Source of the DNA: a virus
Taxonomy: Duplodnaviria > Caudoviricetes
Strand: one strand, 5' to 3'
Length of the DNA: 64,000 nt
Virus record (IMG/VR): IMGVR_UViG_3300031801_001562
Shown here: piece after piece, positions 56,197 through 64,000 of the stretch
How the letters are laid out: the number at the start of each line of letters is the position of its first letter
How positions within the stretch are numbered: the first letter of the stretch is position 1
Program-made: the position numbers and the translations under genes
Notes under the pieces: model-generated
Told to the model about the DNA's origin: nothing
Database searches by the model: none
Seen by the model: the letters and a program-made list of their open reading frames with translations, nothing else

Positions 56197-57227
56197 TGAT
56201 CTCTAAAAGCATCAAAACCTGATCCACACTTCTCAGCACATACTGTAGATTTACCATCTGCGCAAGAAGATATATTCCAACTTTTTTGTAATTTTTTAAA
56301 GAATCCACCTTCAATAATATTTCGAAGAGGTGTATGAAGTGCATTAATATCTTTTAAATCATCGAAATATGACCATATCTGATTTTCACCTATTTCTTGA
56401 TAAGCTTTATAAAATCTACCTGCTGTCCAACAACAGGGAGTTACTAAACCTTCAGCACTTATATATATTTCATTATTATCTAATGACTTACATGTGATTT
56501 TTGTTTGATCTAAATACTTTTGAAAGGAACCATGACTCTTAATCAATTTATCATAGCTGTTAACGCTCTTATTCTGATTTTCTGGATTAGTTGGTGGCTT
56601 AATCTCATTCCCCTTAGTGGTTATCTTTTTATCAACTTTCTTACCTTTATAGCTTTGTACCCACCTACCAGTTTTTTTTCTTACAAATTCGAGTCCGAAT
56701 AATTTAGCCATTCTTTCCGCTTCTTCGACTTGATGTTCATTATGTTCAAAAATTAAATATACCCAAATACCCTTACCGCCGGCTTGAGTAAATACATCCA
56801 TGGCATGTTCTACCTTTTTCCAATTTACATTAACTCGATATAAATGATTTGTATCTTCTAAGCCATCTACACTAAAAGTAACCTTTCCTCTAGATCCTAA
56901 TATTAAAACTAATTCTTTCCACCAATCATCATCTCTAGCTCCAGCATTTGTAGTCATATGAAGATACATTTTAGGATTATTAACTCTAAGATATCTAAAA
57001 ATGGAAAGCGTATCATTAGACACAAGTGGATCTCCATGATTACCACACATCAATAAAGAATTTAATTGATGAACAAAATCTATATCAACCATGCTCATGA
57101 AATTATTCAAAGATAATTCAGCATTTTTCATATGTCGATTATTTGTCCTGTCACACATCGGGCATTGTGCTTGACATCTTTGTGTTGGTTCTAAATGAAT
57201 ATGTTTTATTTGATCCGAAATATACAT
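56187..57227 (-). CDS. Radical SAM protein with C-terminal SPASM/twitch-like domain
   Basis: CQAQCPMC, MCGNHGDP, TNAG, FSVDGLEDTN..YR, C-terminal C..YISAEG.VTPCCW...C...CG. Confidence 0.92.
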   Translation of the reverse strand: MYISDQIKHIHLEPTQRCQAQCPMCDRTNNRHMKNAELSLNNFMSMVDIDFVHQLNSLLMCGNHGDPLVSNDTLSIFRYLRVNNPKMYLHMTTNAGARDDDWWKELVLILGSRGKVTFSVDGLEDTNHLYRVNVNWKKVEHAMDVFTQAGGKGIWVYLIFEHNEHQVEEAERMAKLFGLEFVRKKTGRWVQSYKGKKVDKKITTKGNEIKPPTNPENQNKSVNSYDKLIKSHGSFQKYLDQTKITCKSLDNNEIYISAEGLVTPCCWTAGRFYKAYQEIGENQIWSYFDDLKDINALHTPLRNIIEGGFFKKLQKSWNISSCADGKSTVCAEKCGSGFDAFRDQWK

Positions 57228-58346
57228 TTAATAAAAACTTTCAAACTCTGGCCACTCATTAAGTAAATTAGTTTTATTTCTTTTATCACATAATTTAAGA
57301 AAATTCATTCCTTCTATAAAAATATTATTATCAACCGGAATATTTAATTTTAATAAATTTTTTATATCATCAGAAATATATCTTTGATTTTTGCCTTGAT
57401 ATAATTTTTTCACTCCGTTTGGCAAACAATCTATTGTAAAATAACCGGGAACAACTAATAAATTTGATAATGGTGATAATATATTAAAATTCTCTTTTAA
57501 ATAAATTTGTATCTCATCTAAGTAACCAACATTTAATGTTTGAACCGTAACTTCAAATCCTATAGGATATGTTGATTGTAATTTTTTAATATTCTCGATC
57601 TTTTTTTTCCAAACAGTTCCGGTTCTAATATATTCTTCTTTTTTATCAATCCCATCTATAGAAATATTAAAATATAATTTTTTAAATGCTTTTTTATATT
57701 GAAATAAATGTCCGGGAATTTTTGTGGCGTTAGTAAGAGTAGATATTTTTATTTTTTTTGAAAATCCATGACCGATAAGCCACTCTAAAAAATCATAATA
57801 TCCATCAGTCATTAACGGTTCGCCGCCCGAAATAATTATTCTTGTTACAGAAGGTAAAATCTCTTTTAAATCTTCATAAGTTTTTTTATTAAAAGTATTT
57901 TCATATATTGGCCATTCTCCTTCATTATATTTCTCCTTATGTTGCGACCAGGCGGACGAAGATTGTGGACCGCACATCAAACATTTGAGATTACATAAAT
58001 TTCCAAATTTAATTTTAAAGGTTGGGTTATTGGGAATTAATTTTTTGCCTTGTTTAAATTTTTCTACTTGTCCCGCATAATCATTCTTTAAACTTTCTTT
58101 TCTTCTGGAATTCAATCCGAGATCTTCTCGTTTCCAACAGGATTGACAAATATCTAATCTTTTATTTTCTAAAAAAGCTTTTCTTTTATCGTTGATATAA
58201 TCAGAATTAAAATATTCTAAAATAGAATACTTATCACTGAACATTTTAGATTCACCTAGATTATCACAGCATAATTGATATTCATTGAATGAAGAAACAG
58301 TAAATTGTGTAAAAGGGAGAGCGCAGAAATTTTTTAATTTTTCCAT
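57228..58346 (-). CDS. Radical SAM protein with N-terminal twitch-like domain
   Basis: FCALPF..CCD..CQSCW N-terminus; GNLCNLKCLMC; SGGEPL; TNAT; SIDG. Confidence 0.92.
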   Translation of the reverse strand: MEKLKNFCALPFTQFTVSSFNEYQLCCDNLGESKMFSDKYSILEYFNSDYINDKRKAFLENKRLDICQSCWKREDLGLNSRRKESLKNDYAGQVEKFKQGKKLIPNNPTFKIKFGNLCNLKCLMCGPQSSSAWSQHKEKYNEGEWPIYENTFNKKTYEDLKEILPSVTRIIISGGEPLMTDGYYDFLEWLIGHGFSKKIKISTLTNATKIPGHLFQYKKAFKKLYFNISIDGIDKKEEYIRTGTVWKKKIENIKKLQSTYPIGFEVTVQTLNVGYLDEIQIYLKENFNILSPLSNLLVVPGYFTIDCLPNGVKKLYQGKNQRYISDDIKNLLKLNIPVDNNIFIEGMNFLKLCDKRNKTNLLNEWPEFESFY

Positions 58347-59374
58347 AGAGGAAATTTATTTTCAGGTTTTCTTTTTGGAATTTTACTATCTGCAGAACTT
58401 ACACAATTATCAGTTATACAAGGCATGAGCTTATCAAATAATTTAAATCCGGTTTCAATATTTCCTAGAGGTACATCTGAGCAAGAATATGACCGCTTAA
58501 TGCTCCCACAAGGCTCGCGTATAATAATACTACGATACCCCGACGAACAGATCCAGCCTTTGAATTCATTAAAATTAAACGCATTAAATCTCTCAGCTTG
58601 ATCCACTTCATATATATTTCCTTTTGAATCTACTAAATCTATTTCACGTTCTGTTGGTCTGGAATCATTATGTAAAATATCTAACTGTCCTTGTGTATAT
58701 CCATCTACAACTTTTGTAGCTGTCGGATTTGATTGTGGTTTTAGTGTTGTGTGTATACCACGATCTTTAAAATATAAAACATGTTCTGTTAGTTCCCAAA
58801 ATCTTTCTGGAATCATCACCATATTAATTGTTATTCTAATTCCATTATCTTGAAGAAAAACTAACTTATCAGCAAAATCTGCTATCTTATCTTGTGTATT
58901 TAAAGCTTCAAAATGTGCGGAAGCAGTAATAGAAGCCTTATCAAATTTATTCGCGTATTTAATATATGTTTCAAACCATTTTATTTTACGAGAACAATTT
59001 GAAGTCATATGTATGCGCTGACGATTACAATTATCTTCATCATCTGCTAGGTGTTGTAGTATATCCAAATAGCCGGGATGAAAGGTCGGCTCTCCTCCGG
59101 ATAAAGACCAATTGAAAGAATTAAATCCTTGTTTTCTTGCTTGTTTTTTTATGCTATCAATTGTCTTAATACAAAGTTCAGTTGGTCTATGATCTTTTTT
59201 ATCTGATCTAGCATACGGCCAACAATAGGAACATTTGTAATTACAAAATCTACCTAACAACCAAGATATTGTAAACGTATCTCGATACAACATTGTTTTA
59301 GTACCGAGAGCTTCAATATCCTTCCATGGTATTTTTGTAAAATCTTCTTCATTGCGTCGCATGAACAAAATCAA
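58334..59374 (-). CDS. Radical SAM protein with C-terminal Cys-rich auxiliary domain
   Basis: WLLGRFCNYKCSYC, SGGEPTFHP, TSN; C-terminal FKGWIC...SC...PC...C..SAD..IPK. Confidence 0.92.
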   Translation of the reverse strand: MILFMRRNEEDFTKIPWKDIEALGTKTMLYRDTFTISWLLGRFCNYKCSYCWPYARSDKKDHRPTELCIKTIDSIKKQARKQGFNSFNWSLSGGEPTFHPGYLDILQHLADDEDNCNRQRIHMTSNCSRKIKWFETYIKYANKFDKASITASAHFEALNTQDKIADFADKLVFLQDNGIRITINMVMIPERFWELTEHVLYFKDRGIHTTLKPQSNPTATKVVDGYTQGQLDILHNDSRPTEREIDLVDSKGNIYEVDQAERFNAFNFNEFKGWICSSGYRSIIIREPCGSIKRSYSCSDVPLGNIETGFKLFDKLMPCITDNCVSSADSKIPKRKPENKFPLWKN

Positions 59375-60260
59375 ATTGTTTAGGTGTATAATTCATTAAA
59401 TTCATTTCATTATCCATATCCCATAAAGGGGCTGTCAATGTGTGAACATTTTCAAATTTTCCTTTAAATCTTGCATACACCTTTGTTATTAATTCTTCAT
59501 ACTTTGGCAAATACATAATTTTAATTTTACAAGGTAAATTTACTTCTTCACAAAATCGTTCTAATTTATTAATATACCTATCATTAATAAATTCTGGATG
59601 TATTGAAAAATTTATTAATGAAAGTTTATTTAATTCTTTTAAATAGGATACTTGCTTGGTGCCGTTAGTTAAAGTCCAAATTGTCGCTTCGGGTACTTTT
59701 TCTTTTAACCATTTTACAAAATCTATATAATGAGGAATAAGAGTTGGTTCTCCTCCTGAAATAGTTATTTTTTTAACATTTAAGGGATTAACTTTGGTCC
59801 AGGCTTCTTGCATTCTCTCCAAGGAAGTCCAGGAGCCTTTATAATCATGGCTACGAGGGTCACAATAAGTGCAGCTGAAATTACACCTACGATCAGTATA
59901 ATAATCAACGGCAACACCAACATCACTCGTAACAGCGTAAATTTTATCATGGGGTTCCAACTTTCCTTTTAGTCTCATATTGTCTATCATTAATAAATGA
60001 TCTTCAGTCCGACCTTTTGGCATCGCTATATCAGTACCACAAAAACAATTTTCATTAGGACATACTATTGTTTTAGGTTCTGTATATTCATCTATTGAAA
60101 CTGGATAAGGTGTCCTACATACCGCAGTGCCTACCTCCCACCATGCAGCATCAATAATATAATTCGTTTGTTTACAATGCCATCCTTTAAAATTAGTTCT
60201 ATTTTTAATAGTTTGATCATCACAAGATTTTAAACCATGGTCGGTTAAAACTTTAAGCAT
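59349..60260 (-). CDS. Radical SAM protein with N-terminal Cys-rich auxiliary domain
   Basis: N-terminal FKGWHC...VC...VCP..NCFCGTD..MPK; RRCNFSCTYC; SGGEPTL; LTNGT. Confidence 0.92.
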   Translation of the reverse strand: MLKVLTDHGLKSCDDQTIKNRTNFKGWHCKQTNYIIDAAWWEVGTAVCRTPYPVSIDEYTEPKTIVCPNENCFCGTDIAMPKGRTEDHLLMIDNMRLKGKLEPHDKIYAVTSDVGVAVDYYTDRRCNFSCTYCDPRSHDYKGSWTSLERMQEAWTKVNPLNVKKITISGGEPTLIPHYIDFVKWLKEKVPEATIWTLTNGTKQVSYLKELNKLSLINFSIHPEFINDRYINKLERFCEEVNLPCKIKIMYLPKYEELITKVYARFKGKFENVHTLTAPLWDMDNEMNLMNYTPKQFDFVHATQ

Positions 60261-61267
60261 TTAGAGACCTCGTAATATATTTCTTCACATTTATTTGGAA
60301 GATAATCCCTTTTATTCATCCAGTTAATTAATTTAATGCAATAATTTTTATCGAATACATTTGTCTTTAAGAAATTTATTATTTCTTTCTGTAAAAAATT
60401 ATTATTATTATTTATTATAATATCTTTTACGCTAGAAGGTAAATAAGATGCGTTTAACCATTCTGGTGCATCTAAAAAATCATATGATATAGTATTATTG
60501 GTTATCCCTTTTGATTCTATCCACTTAATCGTATCAGTTAAGTCTGTGCTATTAAGGGTATGAAAGACGTAATGAGGTATTACGAAAAAATACTTTAATT
60601 GTTTATCAAAATTTCTTTCAAATCGAGACCATTTAGTTCCATATCTAACGAATTCCGCTACATCACCAATTCCGTCAATACTAACATTATAATTCAAACT
60701 CTTGAATCTGGTAAGATATTCTCTCCATTTTTCATTTGGGAAAATAGAATTATTTGTAACAATCATTAAATTAATATTTTCAATTTTAAGAGTATTAAAC
60801 AATTCTAAATACAGTGGATCCATAAATGGCTCACCACCAAGAATTTTTAAATCTTCTAACTCACTTAAATCTAAATCTGGTAATGAATTTTTATGTAATT
60901 TTCCACCAATTGCCGAACTGAATTTGGAATTACAACCCATGCATTTAAAATTACATAAATTGGAAGCGGAAAATTCTAATTCCTTTATTTTTGGATTTTG
61001 AATATATTTTTTATCATATTTGCTATTGAAATTTTTGCGATAACTAGGTTTGCCTATTTCGTCATCTCTGTAACATTTTTCGCAACCCTCAATCCATTCA
61101 TCTTTAAGCATTTTTGATCTAAGGTCTATATTTTCAGGACCATTAAATGCCTGAAATAGACTATCATATTTTGGATAAATTCTTTTATCAAAAATGCAAC
61201 ATGGATTTATTTCTCCAGACGGATTCAATTGTATATGAGTAAAGGGCGCCATGCAAAAATGTTTCAT
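60245..61267 (-). CDS. Radical SAM protein with N-terminal twitch-like domain
   Basis: FCMAPF..GEINPCC..GCEKCY; SNLCNFKCMGC; LGGEPF; VTNNS; SIDG. Confidence 0.92.
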   Translation of the reverse strand: MKHFCMAPFTHIQLNPSGEINPCCIFDKRIYPKYDSLFQAFNGPENIDLRSKMLKDEWIEGCEKCYRDDEIGKPSYRKNFNSKYDKKYIQNPKIKELEFSASNLCNFKCMGCNSKFSSAIGGKLHKNSLPDLDLSELEDLKILGGEPFMDPLYLELFNTLKIENINLMIVTNNSIFPNEKWREYLTRFKSLNYNVSIDGIGDVAEFVRYGTKWSRFERNFDKQLKYFFVIPHYVFHTLNSTDLTDTIKWIESKGITNNTISYDFLDAPEWLNASYLPSSVKDIIINNNNNFLQKEIINFLKTNVFDKNYCIKLINWMNKRDYLPNKCEEIYYEVSKCLKF

Positions 61268-62667
61268 TTTACGCGGACCAATTCATTATGTTCATCTATT
61301 TGATAATTTTGAAAATAGTCATTGAAATTTTGATTCCATATCATATCGGATTTTTTTCTATAAATTAAAAATCTATTATATTCATGGTATCGGGGTTTAA
61401 AGCTTTTAATATATTTAACTATGCGATGTAGTTTTTCCAGAGTCTGTTCATGCTTTACCCAATACATGTGTCCGGTTTTTTCGGAAACTCTGTCTATAGG
61501 TTTATCAAAATATGATTTAATTAGTTCCTCTGTTTTTTCTATATCTTTCATTGTTTCTTTTTCAAAATCTAATAATATCAATGAAGGGTCTAAATATTTT
61601 GGGGACTGCACTATGGATATATTCACAGATGCTTGCAAACTTATAAAAGATTCAAATACATCATAAATGTCCAGCATTTGATATATTGATGTTGTACATG
61701 TAATATCCAACCAGGTATAATCATTATATTCTCTAAATTTTTTAATATTTTTTTCTAATTGATCCCATGTTCCACCATTCCTAAAATAAGAATAAAATGT
61801 CCTGCCGGCATCAACCGATATTGTAATGGTAGAGGTATTAAATGGTAATAATAATTCAGATAATTTAACAACATCAAAATCAGAATTAAAATTAGAATGG
61901 AAACTAAGATGTATATTAGAAGCATTAGGGTGATCAGCTAACTTTTTTAATACTGGAAGAAATTGTTTTTGATATAAAAGTTCTCCACCTGCAAAATTAA
62001 TATGTTCCAGATAAGGAAAATTTTCATTCAAATCATCGACTATTTGCAAAGCTTGCTGGACAGTCAGAGACATTTCATAATCATCATTATCATCATGCCT
62101 ATGCTCGGTTCCTAATAGTTGTTTTAAATCGTATAGGTGTGTTTCTTCATCTGGTATAAAATTTTGAAGCTTCTTTGACCACCCGGAAGAAAATACTTTA
62201 GAACAATGTATACAAGCGAAATTGCAAGCATTACTAAATCTAAGTTCTATATGCCTTAACCCTTCATTTCTCACATAATGAGTTTTTGGATCATAACATT
62301 TTATTAAAAGATGTTCATCCGGACAATGTTCTTTATGAAATTTTTCATAAAATTGAACAGTATATATGTTAGCGTCTTTGGGAGGTTTTCCCTGATCCTT
62401 ATAAAAACTGCCATTCTTTTCTAAAGTAAAATCCTGTCTCATAGAAGGGACACCAACCGCTTCCATTGATTCGCAAGTATCACACCCTTTAGGCCATTCA
62501 TCATTGTGAAGTTTTCTTCTCAACTCTTTAAAATTTTCATGATTATAAATTTCCGAAGGTAAAAAAGTATCTTTTTGGAAAACTAATTGATCTGCCTGCC
62601 TTGGACAACAAGAAACAGTTCCGTTTTTATAATTTATTCCACCCATTGCATAAAAACATTGTTTCAT
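61264..62667 (-). CDS. Radical SAM protein with N-terminal twitch-like domain
   Basis: QCFY..SCCP..GCDTC; SNACNFACIHC; AGGE; SVDAG. Confidence 0.9.
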   Translation of the reverse strand: MKQCFYAMGGINYKNGTVSCCPRQADQLVFQKDTFLPSEIYNHENFKELRRKLHNDEWPKGCDTCESMEAVGVPSMRQDFTLEKNGSFYKDQGKPPKDANIYTVQFYEKFHKEHCPDEHLLIKCYDPKTHYVRNEGLRHIELRFSNACNFACIHCSKVFSSGWSKKLQNFIPDEETHLYDLKQLLGTEHRHDDNDDYEMSLTVQQALQIVDDLNENFPYLEHINFAGGELLYQKQFLPVLKKLADHPNASNIHLSFHSNFNSDFDVVKLSELLLPFNTSTITISVDAGRTFYSYFRNGGTWDQLEKNIKKFREYNDYTWLDITCTTSIYQMLDIYDVFESFISLQASVNISIVQSPKYLDPSLILLDFEKETMKDIEKTEELIKSYFDKPIDRVSEKTGHMYWVKHEQTLEKLHRIVKYIKSFKPRYHEYNRFLIYRKKSDMIWNQNFNDYFQNYQIDEHNELVRVK

Positions 62668-62668
62668 A

Positions 62669-63595
62669 TCATATCTCCTTATCTATAAAAATATCTCTTT
62701 TTTTAACTTTACAAGTATCCCAACATTTTTCTACTGGTGAGGGCCACGACCAAGATTTTTGTATAAGATCAAACATTTCACCATCAATAACTTCTGATAT
62801 AGTATTATATTTTAAATTGTTTGCTAAAATTCCTCCGGAGCCAGTCCAAATTTTTCCAAATTTAGTTTTTCCTTTTCTGGTAGCGGCTATTTCCAAAGCC
62901 TCGGAATTTAAATAACAACAAGGTAGCAATGCTCCGGTATGATTTATAAATAATCTTTTTTGATTACCATATTTACATTGAATTTCTTTTTCTTCTTCCA
63001 CTTCTTTTTTTACCTCTCCACTTCCTCCTCTATGAGAAAATATTGCTCTGAATCTTTTAAACCCTTCCTCTTCCGACATTCTTTCTGCATCATCAAATAA
63101 GTGCTCGTTATGGTCAAACACAATAAACTGCCAAGTTGCATTGCCTCCTGCTCCTATAAAGGCTCTCCAATTTTCTTGCACTTTTTTAAAATTAGAACCG
63201 ATTCGATATTTTACTAATGATTCCTGATCTGTTCCATCTAATCCAAAAAATACTGAGGTCCCTAGTTCACCCAACTCCTTCCAAAATTCTTTTGTTTTGG
63301 TAGACCCATTAGATGCAATATTAACATCTGTAAAAGATTTAAAATGTCTTACAATTTTTAATATATCTGGATGAAGGGTGGGCTCATCTACGGAACCACA
63401 AAAATTTAATAATTTAAGATTAGGAAATTCTTTAGAGGTAATCCATCTTTTAAGATCTTCAAAATCAATAATATTTTTATTTAAAATAGATTCAACTTGC
63501 TCTTTCTTTTCTTGCCTAAGACAACCGGGGCATGCTATATTACAAAAGCTAGTTAATTCTACATCAATCCATTCAATTGTTTTATTATTCCACAT
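62669..63595 (-). CDS. Radical SAM protein with C-terminal SPASM/twitch-like domain
   Basis: ELTSFCNIACPGC, FCGSVDEP, SNG, FGLDGTD..YRIG, C-terminal C..LFINHTG.LLPCCY..C..TC. Confidence 0.92.
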   Translation of the reverse strand: MWNNKTIEWIDVELTSFCNIACPGCLRQEKKEQVESILNKNIIDFEDLKRWITSKEFPNLKLLNFCGSVDEPTLHPDILKIVRHFKSFTDVNIASNGSTKTKEFWKELGELGTSVFFGLDGTDQESLVKYRIGSNFKKVQENWRAFIGAGGNATWQFIVFDHNEHLFDDAERMSEEEGFKRFRAIFSHRGGSGEVKKEVEEEKEIQCKYGNQKRLFINHTGALLPCCYLNSEALEIAATRKGKTKFGKIWTGSGGILANNLKYNTISEVIDGEMFDLIQKSWSWPSPVEKCWDTCKVKKRDIFIDKEI

Positions 63596-63998
63596 TTTTT
63601 ATAACCGCTCGCTTTCCATCATCACCGCAAGTAAGATAACATCTGGGGATATGAAGAGGGTGCATATTATTCCAACTTTCTTTTAATGTTGTTTTATACC
63701 ATTCGCTTTCTAAAATTTCTTCTATAGAATGTTTTTTTAAATTATTAAAATTATGACCTATATTAGTAAATAAATTTTCTATATCTTTAGTTTTATTAGC
63801 AACTTGCTCATCATACAAATGACAACACGGCCATAATCTTCTATTTACTCCAATAAATATTTCACCTTTTATTTTATGACGACAAGCGATTCTGGCTTCT
63901 TCATAATTTTTTTCTCTAGCTCTTTTTTCAACATCCTCATATGTTTCAGAATCTATTTCCTTTGCCACTCTCGATTTTATTTTAGCAAATTTAGAATT
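63585..63998 (-). CDS. C-terminal SPASM/twitch-like part of a further radical SAM gene, truncated by the window edge
   Basis: Frame stays open from 63968 to the window end (NSKFAKIKSRVAKE...); C..K.EIFI....LWPCCH...RC..TCG as in 56187 and 62669. Confidence 0.75.
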   Translation of the reverse strand, partial: NSKFAKIKSRVAKEIDSETYEDVEKRAREKNYEEARIACRHKIKGEIFIGVNRRLWPCCHLYDEQVANKTKDIENLFTNIGHNFNNLKKHSIEEILESEWYKTTLKESWNNMHPLHIPRCYLTCGDDGKRAVIKNVE

Positions 63999-64000
63999 AT

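Noticed and set aside
59349-60260. QueE for the deazaguanine pathway
   Set aside because: It has an extra N-terminal Cys domain, lacks the typical F.R..GC...C..CDT context and is paralogous to 58334..59374; not assignable without an HMM search
2350-62915. Many short opposite-strand or nested ORFs in the track (e.g. 2350+, 3497+, 5294+, 9396-, 11444-, 24324+, 32916+, 43793-, 44762-, 51824+, 60702+, 62601+)
   Set aside because: They are shadows of longer genes with recognisable motifs and show no SD or family motif of their own

Overview
The window is a 64 kb segment of a large AT-rich T4-like myovirus genome with cyanophage/pelagiphage-style gene order, mostly on the minus strand. From start to end it carries: an isocitrate lyase AMG and a membrane-protein/lipase cluster directly after gp16; neck genes gp15-gp14-gp13; oxygenase and glycosyltransferase genes next to two paralogous Tyr/Gly-repeat virion proteins and a fibre gene; the baseplate block (VrlC/DUF4815, gp8, gp7, gp6, gp25, gp5, hub, gp53, gp48); a divergent + strand block (gp4, gp2, gp54, gp26, gp51, tape-measure-like protein); gp32-gp59-gp33; a 7-deazaguanine DNA-modification cluster (folE, DpdA-like, queC, Gat); a circularly permuted two-piece tmRNA; and an array of at least 8 radical SAM genes with glycosyltransferase-like and methyltransferase-like genes. 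The strongest signals missed by the ORF track are four. (1) gp51 has no start codon and is reachable only by a -1 slip at T-TTT-TTC at the end of gp26, with an internal SD 10 nt upstream, just before the tape-measure-like gene, as in the lambda G/GT/H layout. (2) The tmRNA intervening segment is almost filled by a 30-aa transmembrane ORF. (3) Two virion proteins have aromatic tetrapeptide arms of 11/10 and 22/21 units around the same 14-aa turn. (4) The radical SAM paralogs carry their auxiliary Fe-S domain at either terminus. All assignments come from motif recognition by eye; no database searches were run, so novelty is unverified.
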